The notes under the pieces are model-generated. The model saw only the letters and a list, made by a program, of their open reading frames with translations, made no database searches and was not told the origin of the DNA. Below are positions 20,301 to 32,300 of a stretch of 64,000 nt of DNA, in pieces (the first letter of the stretch is position 1; each line of letters starts with the position of its first letter). The position numbers and the translations under genes are program-made. Source of the stretch: an uncultured virus (IMG/VR IMGVR_UViG_3300032257_000003) (Duplodnaviria; Heunggongvirae; Uroviricota; Caudoviricetes); IMG/VR virus record IMGVR_UViG_3300032257_000003. One strand, 5' to 3'.

Positions 20301-23300
20301 TTCTATATTCTAGGCTTTGATGAGCTGGACGCACCTATTTTGAAAGAAGGTTTTGAGCGAGTAGAGCAGCGCCTTGGTGGTGTTGTCATTACAGTTGAAA
20401 AACCTAATGGTAAAGAAATTGAATTAAATGGCGTAGCAGCAACACCAGGCTATGGCACAAACAAAAAGGAGGCAGACAATGCCCTCAAATCAGAAAAGCA
20501 ATCAAGAGAAGACCAAGGCAAACGAGCAGCCCGCGGTACAGCGCCAGCGACTGCAACCATCACGGATACCAAAGGGCAGCAAGATCAAGTCAGTGATACT
20601 ACCGCCGATGGAAGGGGAGCCGGTGAAGAGTCGGTTGAATTAGGCTACCCGCCAACAAAAAATAAAACAATATTGGATGCTCGTAAGAATAGATATCCAA
20701 TGCCAGAGCGCCCTACACCATCTACATCAGAAGGCGATAGCGTATATTATCCAGCCCATAAAAAATGGGTAATGAATGAGCATATAGCCCAAGCAGCAGA
20801 CATAATTAAGTTAAATCCACTTGAAATGCTGGGCCTTCAAGACTCTCAAATACAGTCAGGTCCTGATGGGATAAAAATAGCAAAACCAATAACATTCAAT
20901 GGAAAGCGTTATGCGCTTGGCTCAATGGTGTTTGGTCACGATTTTAAAGATGCATACGAGCTAGTTCCAAAAGATGAGTTTGTCATCGATGAGAACATTG
21001 ATAAAAGCTATAGCCATTACGGTGACTTAGGTAAAATTGGCAAAAAAGAATATTACATAGGCAACAAGGTTGTTGCTGTATCAGCCAAAGCCGAGAAAGA
21101 AAAACCATTATCCAATGACTCTAAAGGCGATATTGTTTATAGAAATGGACAGGTATTGCTTGTTGGCGATGAAAACTCAAAAGGCACTGAATACAATCAG
21201 ATAGCGGTTAATGATAATGGTAAAACATACCAAATATTTAAGCCTGAAATTACAAAGCAGAAATTCAGTAAGCCGTTAGATGGCTCTACTGGCAGCTTTG
21301 CACCACAAGGAAAAAACTACCCGTTAAGTAAAAGCCAAAAAGCACAGTATGCAGAGATAGCAAAAATAAGACTTCCAACTGCGGCTCGTTATTGGGCAGA
21401 AGTAAAGTTATGGGAAAAAACACATAAAGATTATCGATCTGAAGGCGGTTTGAGCTCACCTAAATCTATTTTGATTAATGGTGGAGCCAAGGGAACCATA
21501 ACAAAGCAAATAAATACATTCACTGATATTGAGCTATCTCAGCGTATTGGAATGTCAGTAGATGAAATTATCGAACAGGCGACACCAGCTGATGAGCCAA
21601 CAACAGCAGGTCCTGAATTAGATAAAATACTAGATGGCGCTAAGTCTAAGGCTAGTGAAGCCGTTGCTGATTACCTAGATTGGCAGAATAAAGAAAGCGG
21701 TAGAGCCACTGCTAACGTAGCAGCTCATAACTATCTGTATGATAATTTATCTGATGATTACACCGATGAGCAGATAGCAGCTTATGCAAAAGAGATTGTT
21801 GAGCAATTGGCTGGCGCAAAGGCTGAAACCAAGCCAGAGCTACCACCAGAAGTATTACATGCAAAATACGATATCTATGAGCGCAATGGTGAATTTTTAG
21901 TATCAGAAGGTAATAAGCGTGGTGGCGGTGACACTATTCACCCAACCCTTGAAGCAGCAAAAGAATACCGTGATTTAGAGAAAGGCCGTGCAGAATCACG
22001 CGCCCAGGCTAAAGCAGAGCAGGCTAAAAAACAGGCAGAATCCGATAAAAAAGAATCTGAATACATGGCTTCATTCTATGGATTCTTGGATACCGGCAGT
22101 AAAATGCAGGCAGGCTCTCGTAAGAAAGCACTTGAAAAGCAGTTTAATTACAAAAACAAAGCTTATACTCGTAAAGAGCTGATAGAGCACTTGATTGGTG
22201 AAGAGAAACGCATAGTTATTGGTGAAGGCGCTAACAGACGATTAACTAATGGTAGTGGCGATTTCATGGGGCAGGACACCCTTACAAAAACAGGTATGGA
22301 TTATGCCGAGCATATAATTGAACACGTCAAATTTGATGCAGATCAATTATTTCACCCATTCGATGCGGTTAAACGTGCTGAATTTAAAGATATCTATAAC
22401 CAGTTGCCAGAAACTGCGCAGGCCGAGGTAGAAACTGCCTATAAGAACGCGACTAATGATTATCGCGTTGATGCAACAGATGATGCAAAGGTTGAGTTTA
22501 TCCGTGGCATTGCCAGCCGAGTAATTGAATCAGATCAGTTTAACGAAAAGAAATACCAATACGATCTTGGGTTTTACGACAAAGGCCAGCAGATAGGTAA
22601 AGGTATTGACCTTAATGCTTCACGTGAAACTCTTGATAATCCAGTTGAAGAAAAGCCGGTATATGGTAAAGAGAATAAGTTATTCACTGAAGATGCAGCG
22701 AATAAGGCCCGTGCATTACTGAAAGCCAAGTTAGGCCAGATGAATGCAGGCATTGACCCTGAGATGATGCAAGCCGGTATTACACTGGCCGGTTATCACG
22801 TTGAGGCTGGTGCGCGTAAATTCTCAGAATATGCAGGCGCAATGGTTAATGATCTGGGTGATGGCATTAAGCCATTCCTAAAATCATTCTATGTTGCAGT
22901 GCACAGCTGGCCCGGTATGGATACCAAAGGCATGACAGCACCTGAGAAGCTAACTGATGAACTTGTTGAGATATCATTGAATGTTGTTGATATGCAGCAG
23001 TATAATAAAGGTGAGGTGCAAGACAATGAGCGTAGCAGAACTGACAAAGAAAACACGGCAGCACTGGGAGATGTGGCTACCGAAGAAAACGCAGCAGCTG
23101 AAACTGCTGAGAACGTTCGATCTGGAAGTGCAGAAGGCGGCATCGCGGGCGAACGATCAAATACTAAGCCTAATGCGAACAGGAAGAAGCAAGCAGGAAG
23201 CCGAGGAAATAGCCCTGCCACAGCACGTACTCCTAAAACCAGAACCGGCAGCAGAAAACGAACCGGAGCTGGAAGCGGAACTAAATCAGATGGAAGCGGA

Positions 23301-26300
23301 TTACCAAGCTACGATGCAACCAATGATGAATCAGGAAAGCTAGATACTCCAAACATACCCGGTGCGAATTTCATTATTACTGATGACGTTCGTGTAGGCC
23401 AGGGCGGTGAAGTTGAGAAGTTCAACGACAATATTGCCGCAATCAAAACACTTAAAGTTATTGAAAAGCAGAACCGCAGAGCCACACCTGATGAGCAAAA
23501 GATACTCGCTCGCTATGTTGGCTGGGGTGGTTTGGCTAATGTATTTGCTGATAATAAAGGCGAATATAAGAAGGGCTGGGATAAACGCGGTCCAGAATTA
23601 GCAGAGCTGATTGATGACAAAGAACTTGATGCCGCTAGAGCAAGTACCCGTAATGCTCATTACACATCTGAAACAATTGTACGTGGTATCTGGGATGCAG
23701 TTAAGCAGCTGGGTTTCCGTGGTGGATTATCATTAGAGCCCGCTTCAGGCACTGGTAACTTCATTGGCATGGAGCCAAAAGATATTGATAGCCAGTTTAT
23801 TGCTGTTGAATATGACAGTCTGACTGCGCGTATATCCAGTGCGCTCTATCCTCAATCAACCGTATTGCATAGCGGTTTCCAGAAAGTTCCATTAAGCGAT
23901 GGTGCTTTTGATCTGGTTATCGGTAACCCGCCATTTGGCAAAGAGTCTCTAAATTTCCAATACAAGCCCGGCATTAACGGCAAATCAATTCATAACCAAT
24001 TCTTTATTGCTGGTATGGATGCGCTGAAAGGCGATGGCATTATGGCTATGGTGGTATCTCGTTACTTAATGGATACCAAAGACTCAACATCACGTGCAGA
24101 GCTCGCTAAACGAGGTGAGTTAATAGGCGCTATCCGTCTACCAGACACCGCATTTAAAGAAAACGCACGTACTGAAGTTGTCACAGATATCTTATTTTTC
24201 AAGCGTATTGAGGACCAATATAAGCGTGATGATGATGGTAATTTAACTGAAGAGCTAATCACTCGACCTATGCCTGACTGGGTTGAAACTACCAGCGTTG
24301 CCGACCCATTAGGCGGTGATGCAATGAACATCAATAACTTCTTTGTTAGTAACCCTGAGATGGTTATAGGCACGTTAGAGCGTTCAGGCTCAATGCGTTT
24401 TGGTAAAGATGTAACAGTTCGTTTAGATAAGACTGAAAACTTCGGTGATCGCTTAGCCCTGGCTATATCGCACCTGCCTAAAAACATCATTAGCCAAAGC
24501 GATGCAGTTATTGAGGCGTCAAAGCAACGTCATGCACAAATGAGTGATTCACTTCATATTGCCTTAATGGGTGATGAAGCTGGTTCTATTCGTCAAACAA
24601 AAGATGGATTACAGCAAGTTGCCGAGCGTGAAACACCTGAAGGTGATTACGAGTTATCAAGACGACCATTAACACCAGAATCAGTATGGTCGCCACAATT
24701 ACTACAAGATAAAAAAGGCAAATGGTATAAGGAAGTACCAAAGCTTGATGAAAAAGGCCAGAAAGTAAAAAGCGGCCGCTTGAATGTTTATGAGCGTTTC
24801 GTGTATGAGAATGAAGCAGATATTCCCGGCAGCATGAAATTGGGTAAGGCTAAATTCGAGCGCCTTTCATCCATGGTTGAGATGCGTGATCTATTAGTTG
24901 AGCAGCTTAATTTAGAAGTTCGTGATGCACCCGCACGCAAGATATCTCAGAACAGAACCAAGTTATCAAAGGCTTACAAAGCATTTATTGCAAAGCATGG
25001 ACCTGTTAATGCAGATAAGAATGCGCGTTTAGTTCATGAAATGCCTGATGGTGCACTGGTGCTTGCGCTGGAAAATAATTACCGTAAACAGCAAAAAGAG
25101 TGGACCGGCAAATATGGACCTAACGGGAAAACAAAAACATATAAGGTCGTTAAGGAAGAAAACAGCGAACCGGCACCAATCCTAAGCAAACGTGTATCAC
25201 GCCCATATGAGGCACCAGATAGAGCAGATAGCCCAGCTGATGCACTGGCTATTTCATTATCTGAAACAGGCACGGTTAATATTGATCGTATTGCCGGCCT
25301 TCTTGATATCAGCGCTGAAGAGGTTATAGAGCAGCTTCATGAAAACATGGATACGCCATTAATCTTTAATGACCCAGAGCTGGGTACATGGCAGACACGT
25401 GACGCATATTTAACAGGTCACGTTAAACGCAAGCTTAATGCGGCAATGGAAGCAGGCTCTAATAAAAACATTAAAGAGCTTGAAGCTGTACAGCCTGAGC
25501 CAATTGGTGCAGAGAACATCACACCAAGTATCGGTATGTCGTGGATACCACCAAAATTCTACAGTGACTTCATTACCAGCTTAACGGGTGAAGGCTCGCG
25601 TGTTAGCTATTTAAGTAAAACAAATTCATATGCAGTTGGCGCGTACACTGACAGCGTTCAGGCTAAGGAGTGGGGCACTGGCCGTATCGGTGTTGATAAG
25701 TTAATAGATGATATCCTGAACAACAGACAGACCCGTGTTTATGATTATTTTGATAAAAAACGCACGTTAAACCAGCAGGAAACAGACCTTGCTAACTTAA
25801 AACGTGACCAGATCGTAACTGAGTTTAATGACTGGGTATTTAAAGATGGCGATAGACGTGCTGAATTAGTTGATGGATTCAATGAAAAGCATAACACCAG
25901 GGTAAGCCGCCAGTTTGATGGCAGTCATTTAGTGCTTCCTGGGAAAGTTCCTGATTCAGTTATCCAGTTGCGTAGACACCAGATGAATGCAGTATGGCGC
26001 GGGATATCTGAGCGTTTCATGCTGTTAGATCATGCTGTTGGTGCTGGTAAGACATTTACAGCCATTGCGCGTGCGATGGAGCGTAGACGTATGGGCCTAT
26101 CTAAAAAGCCCGCTATTGTCGTGCCTAATCATATGGTTGCTCAATTCACAGCAGATACCTACGAGCTGTATCCAGCTGCCAAGGTATTAGCTGCAGGCAA
26201 GAAAGACTTTTTGAAAAAGAACCGTAGAAAGCTGTTTGCAAAAATTGCAACGGGTGACTATGACATTATTATCATCCCGCATTCATCTTTTAACTTTATC

Positions 26301-29300
26301 CCGATTGCTAAAGAAACTGAAGAGCGTTACTTACTGGAAGAATTAAAAGCAGCTGAAGAGGCTATTGAAGAAGCAGTTGAGCAAGCTGAAGAAGATGGTA
26401 ACGAGGGCTGGATGACTCCATATAACGTGAAAGAAGCCGAGCGCACCAAGGCAGGCATTGAATCACGCTTATCTAAATTGGGTTCTAAAAAGAAAGACAA
26501 CCTACTGACATTTGAGCAGATGGGTATTGATGACCTGACTATCGATGAAGCACACGAATTTAAGAATCTATTTTATAACTCTCGTTTAACGGGTGTTCGT
26601 GGAATGGGTAATAAAGCCGGTTCTCAAAAAGCATTTGATATTTACAGCAAGATCAAGGTATTGCAGGAAACCCCAACTGGTGCAGTTACGTTTATGACTG
26701 GTACACCGATATCTAATAGCGCAGTTGAGATGTATAACGTGATGCGTTACTTGTCGCCACAGTTATTAGAAGAGCACGGATTAAGTCATTTCGATGCATG
26801 GCGCTCGCAGTATGTTGGCGTATCAACAAAGTATGAGCCAACTGAATCAGGCTCGTTAAAAGAAGTAAATCGCTTAGGTCGTTACTGGTCTAACATGCGC
26901 TCATTGATGGACCTGTATTACTCGTTCACTGATGCGGTTACCAATGAAGACATTAAAAAAGCTTATTCAGAAGATCATGACGGTGCTGATTTTCCACTAC
27001 CTAAAGTTGCTAATGGCGGTAGAAAGTCTGTAGTTGTTAAACCTACCGAGGCACAGAATGGCGAATTAAAACGTATTATCAAGGGCTTTGAAGGGCTTGA
27101 TGGTATTCGTAACCCTAAAGAGAGAAACATACAGCGATTAAAGCTGATGGACCAAGCCCGCAAGGTTTCATTAGATGTGCGTGCTATTAACCCTAATGCG
27201 AGCAGCAATGAGGCTGGTGGAAAGCTGGAAATTGTTGCAGATAACGTATATGAGAACTATCAAAAATTTGATACAGATCGTGGCACCCAGCTTATTTTCT
27301 TAGATCGATCAGTTCCAAAAGCTAAAGGCGATGCGGTAGTCATTAAAGCTTATGACAAGATCATAACCGAGCGTGATGCTGCCTTGGCTAAAGGCGATGA
27401 AGCCGGGTTTAGAATAGCTGAAGACAAGCTTGAAAAGTACGATAGCAACGAAATCCATGAACTACGCAATGCTCAGTCTGGTGGCTGGAATGCTTACGAC
27501 CAGATTAAGCAAAACCTGATTGCCAAGGGCATACCTGCAGACCAAATACGCTTTATTCAGGAAGCAAATACAGACGTTCAAAAACAAAATCTATTCGATC
27601 AAGTTAATGATGGTGAGGTCCGTGTATTAATCGGCTCTACACCACGTATGGGTGCAGGCACTAACGTGCAGCAGCGTTTAACTGGATTACATCACGTTGA
27701 TGTTACATGGAAACCTTCTGATATTGAGCAGCGTGAAGGCCGTATCATTCGCCAGGGCAATAAGTTATATGACAAATACGGTGCTGATTTTGAAGTGGAT
27801 ATCAAGGCTTATGTAACCGAGCGCACGGTAGACGCGAAAATGTGGGACCTAAATTCCACTAAGTTGAAAATGATTAACGCTATTCGTGCTTATGATGGCT
27901 CATACAACATGGAGTTTGACGATAGTGACTCAGTGAACATGGCTGAAATTGCAGCTATTGCTACTGGCGACCCATTAATGCTTGAGCGTATTACCTTGAT
28001 TGGTGATATCAATAAGCTTCAATTATTAGAACGCCAGCATTCACGCAAGATGTACGGTATTACAGATGCTATTACTACAGCTGAAAGAAATATCGAACGA
28101 TTACCAGCCCAGATAGAGCAGCAAGAAAGCCTGATCGCTAAACTAAAACCAGCCATTGATAAGGTTAGGGTAGACAGTGATAACCGATCTATTAAGGTTG
28201 AAGGCAAGCCCTATGCCGGTTCGTTTGCCGCATTTAAAGCCATTGAAGAAGCGGTATCAATACAGCGCGAAGGAAAGGATAAAGGCAAATACAGCATATC
28301 CATTGACGGTAAGCAGTATTCAACAAAAGCCGATATTGAGAAAGCATTAACTAATAAGTTCGGTGATCGTAACTTTGCAGCAACTGTTTATGGCAAAGAA
28401 TATGTATCCCGCATGGAAGCTTCGCGCCCTGTCTCAGCAGCTATTGAGAAGATGACTAAAGCTGATAACGAAGAGCTGATAGGTAGCATGTACGGTTATG
28501 ACATGACATTAAATGTATCTATCGACAATGGCTGGAAGTATATCGAGATATCGCTGGTTGACGGTAACAATGTTATTTCCAGCGATGCTAAACGCACAAA
28601 CAATAAAACTACTCCTGTAATTATTAGCAATTTAATAAACAGAGTGGCTGAGGGTGCTGAGAGCTCAATCAGTGATCGTCATATTAATTACATGAAGGGC
28701 CTTTTAAAAACAGCTGAAAAGGACCTGCCAGCATTACAAGCTAAGAAGAATGAAAAGTTTGATAAGGCTGATGAATTAGAAAAGGCACGCGCAAGACTGG
28801 AAGATGTAACGGTTGATCTGGCCAATAAGAAATCTGATGATGATAAAGGCCCGGTTGTTCATTCAAAGGATTCACGTGCACAGACCAAGCCAGAAAAGTC
28901 TATTTCTCAGGAAAAACTACAGCAGGTAGTTAGTGAAATACTGGGTAAATTCAAGGGAATGAAGGCATTAAACATTGATGTTCGAGCGACACAAGACAGC
29001 GCATTCGGTGCTGGCAGTGTTGCGCGTGATGGCGTTATCAAGGGCGGTTACTACCCAGAATCAAACAGCGTTGTATTAGTTGCTGAAAATATCGAAAGTG
29101 TTGAAGACGCATTAATGGTCATACGCCATGAGATTATCGGTCATTACGGACTGCGCAACTTACTTGGTAAAGACTTTGAAGCATTGCTTGATGATGTATA
29201 TGCAGCTAGAAAAGGCAGTCTAAAAGACCTATATAACTGGGTTGCTAAATCTTACCCTGAATTAATCAGAGATAATAATACAGCTCAAATAGCTGATGAA

Positions 29301-32300
29301 ATGCTGGCGCGAGCTGCAGAAACCAAAGTAAGCAACACGCTAATAAGTCGCATCAAAGCGGCCATCATTAAAATGCTACGTGCTATCGGCATGGTTAAAG
29401 GCCCGATATCACGCACGGAAGTAAACGGTTTAATCGCATTAAGCAAAGACTTACTACGCAATGAATCAAGCGAGGGTATGGCTCTTAATGAAATGAAGAA
29501 GTCACCAATTTACAACAAGATATCCGGTGGTGTCTTCTATTCGCAAATGGCGAATGTATTAAGCCAGAAGCTGCAAGGCAAGGGCATGGCGAAGCAGTAC
29601 GCGACCACTATTCAGGCGATGGCTAAGAAGGGTGAATTTAAGCAGGAAGAGCTTGAATGGTCCGGTGTTATCGAGTGGTTAGAGTCTGTAGGGCCCAAGA
29701 AAATAACCAAGCAGGAAGTGATTGATTTTATTGCAGCTAATACGATTGAGATTAATGAAGTAGTTAAGGGTAAGGATACAAAAGACATTACCCCAGTGCT
29801 TAACTGGATAGATGCAACGGAAGATTACCGCGGTGTAAATATAGATAATGCAGGAATGCTGGCTACTGACGCAATAATTAATGAAGAGTTTGGTTACGTT
29901 ATTTACACAGGTGAAGATGGTCGATATTACCTGAATGACAGGGATGGTGAGCAGGCAAACAGAGAAGGTTATGACGATCTTGGTCTAGCAAAAATGACAG
30001 CTGAAACCATGCTTGAGTATGAGAATGCTTATGGCGATGAGGACAGCCCAAAGTTTGAACCATACAAGTTACCAGGTGGTGAAAACTACAAAGAGCTATT
30101 ACTTACATTACCAAATGCAGCTAGTGCGCCAAATGTATGGGAAAAGAACGGCAATATCTATACGTTACAAGATGTTCCTTTTTCTCCAAAAATTGAATAC
30201 ATGCCATCTAATGAGAAGTACCGACTAACTATGCAAGGCGGCACGGTTAGGACGCTATTCAGTCTTGATGTTGCAAAAAATATAGCCGAGCAAGATGCTG
30301 GTGTGCTTGCATTAGATAACGGTGCATATGTAAACACAGCGCACTGGGAAGAGAAAAACGTAGTAGCATTTATCCGCTACAACGAACGCACTGATGCAGA
30401 TGGTAAAAAAGTTTTATTCATCGAAGAGGTGCAATCTGACTGGCATCAGGCTGGACGTAAGAAGGGATATAAAACAAGTGATGTTATTGAAGCCGCTGAA
30501 ATAGACTTGTTAAAAATCCAGAAAAGCCTAGCCGATAAGGGTAATACCTACGCAATAAGAAATCAGTATGTGCTTTCTTTGAAGGAAAAATACAACGAAG
30601 AAAACAATGTATTAATGTCTGAAATGACAACACCAGCTGAAAATGCAGAGCGCAACAGGTTACAAGACAGTATTACTAAAAAAGACGAAGCAGAATATAT
30701 GCTGATGATAGAACCAGCAATTGATGCGAAACAAAAAGCTAAAGAGCTTGTGGCGCAAGGCGTGCCAGATGCGCCATTCAAAACAACATGGCCCATGCTC
30801 GCAATGAAACGCATGATACGCCATGCAGCTGAGAACGGTTTTGATTCTATTGCTTGGACCACAGGCGAGCAGCAGGCAGAGCGTTATAATTTAAGTAAGC
30901 AAATTGATGAAGTAATCACCTATAGCCAGCCTAACGATATGTATAGATTACAGGCAGTTAAAGATGGTGAATATTTAATTGATAAAACGGTTAGCGAGTC
31001 AGAGCTTGAAGATAATGTAGGAAAAGAATTAGCGACCAAGATAATTAAAGCGCATGACGAAGGGCGCGTATCGATGAATAGCTTTACTGATTCTGATCTA
31101 AAAGTCGGCGGCGAAGGCATGAAAGGATTTTACGATAACATGCTGCCCAAGATGGTGAATAAGCACGTTAAGAAGTGGGGCGGCAAGGTTGGAAAAACAT
31201 CTTTTGATATTGAAGAGTCGAAATATGTTATTGATGCTGAAGATATAGAGGCTAATCCACAAGTGTGGCAGACTGTTAATGTTCTCGATAGAGACACTAT
31301 GGAGCCAGTTGAGACTGATGATGAGTTTGCCAATATAAATGAGGCAGAAATGTGGATTGAAGAACAGGTTGATGAGGCTCAGGGCTCAGTTCATTCGCTT
31401 GATATCACTGACAATATGCGTGATGCAGTCATGCAGGGCCAGCCACTATTTAGACGCGATGAACCTAACGATGGCAATTTAGGTATTCCAGATGAAGGCC
31501 GTATAGATAAGTTTGTTCGATTATTTCAGGATTCGTTTAACCGTATAAAAACACTACAGGGTGAGATTCTAAAGCGTGGTGGAACTATTACAGGTGAAAT
31601 GGACGTATATCGCGCTGAAGAGCTATCAAGCGGTAAAACAACTTCCAGATTGACCGATCTTGATGATAAACATATGAAGCCATTGGTTAAGCATATGGAG
31701 CGTGAAGGCATCACCCTGGAAGAACTTGATGAATATATGATTGCACGCCATGCACCAGAGCGTAATGATTATATTGCCAGCATTAATTCAGCTATGCCAG
31801 ATGGTGGCTCAGGTATGAGCTATGAAGAAGCCGAGCAGGTAATGGAAAAATACCGCGATAAGCAGGGCGCACTGGAAGCAGCTGCAAGACGTGTTGATAT
31901 TGTTAATCGTAAAAGCTTAAACGACCTTGTTGATGGCGGTCATCTTGCACCTGAAATTGCAGAAGACTATTTAAATCGATGGGATTATTACGTGCCATTG
32001 AAAGGTAAAGAGGGTGAAGATACCCGATCTGCTAAGGGCCAAGGCTACAGTGTTTCTGGTTCAACCATCATGGATGCATTTGGTCGCGGTGAAGGAAATC
32101 GAGCAGAAAGCCCAGTGGCGCATTCATTCGCCCAGGCTGAAACAACCATTATTCGTACCGAGAAAACAAAGGTTGGTTTAGCCTTGGTTGAATTGGTGCG
32201 AGCTAACCCTGACCCAGAATTTTGGACTATTACTCAGCGTACATTCAAACAGTTTGAGGACCTGTATGGAGAGCCGTTTGAAGGATATGAGGAAAATGAT

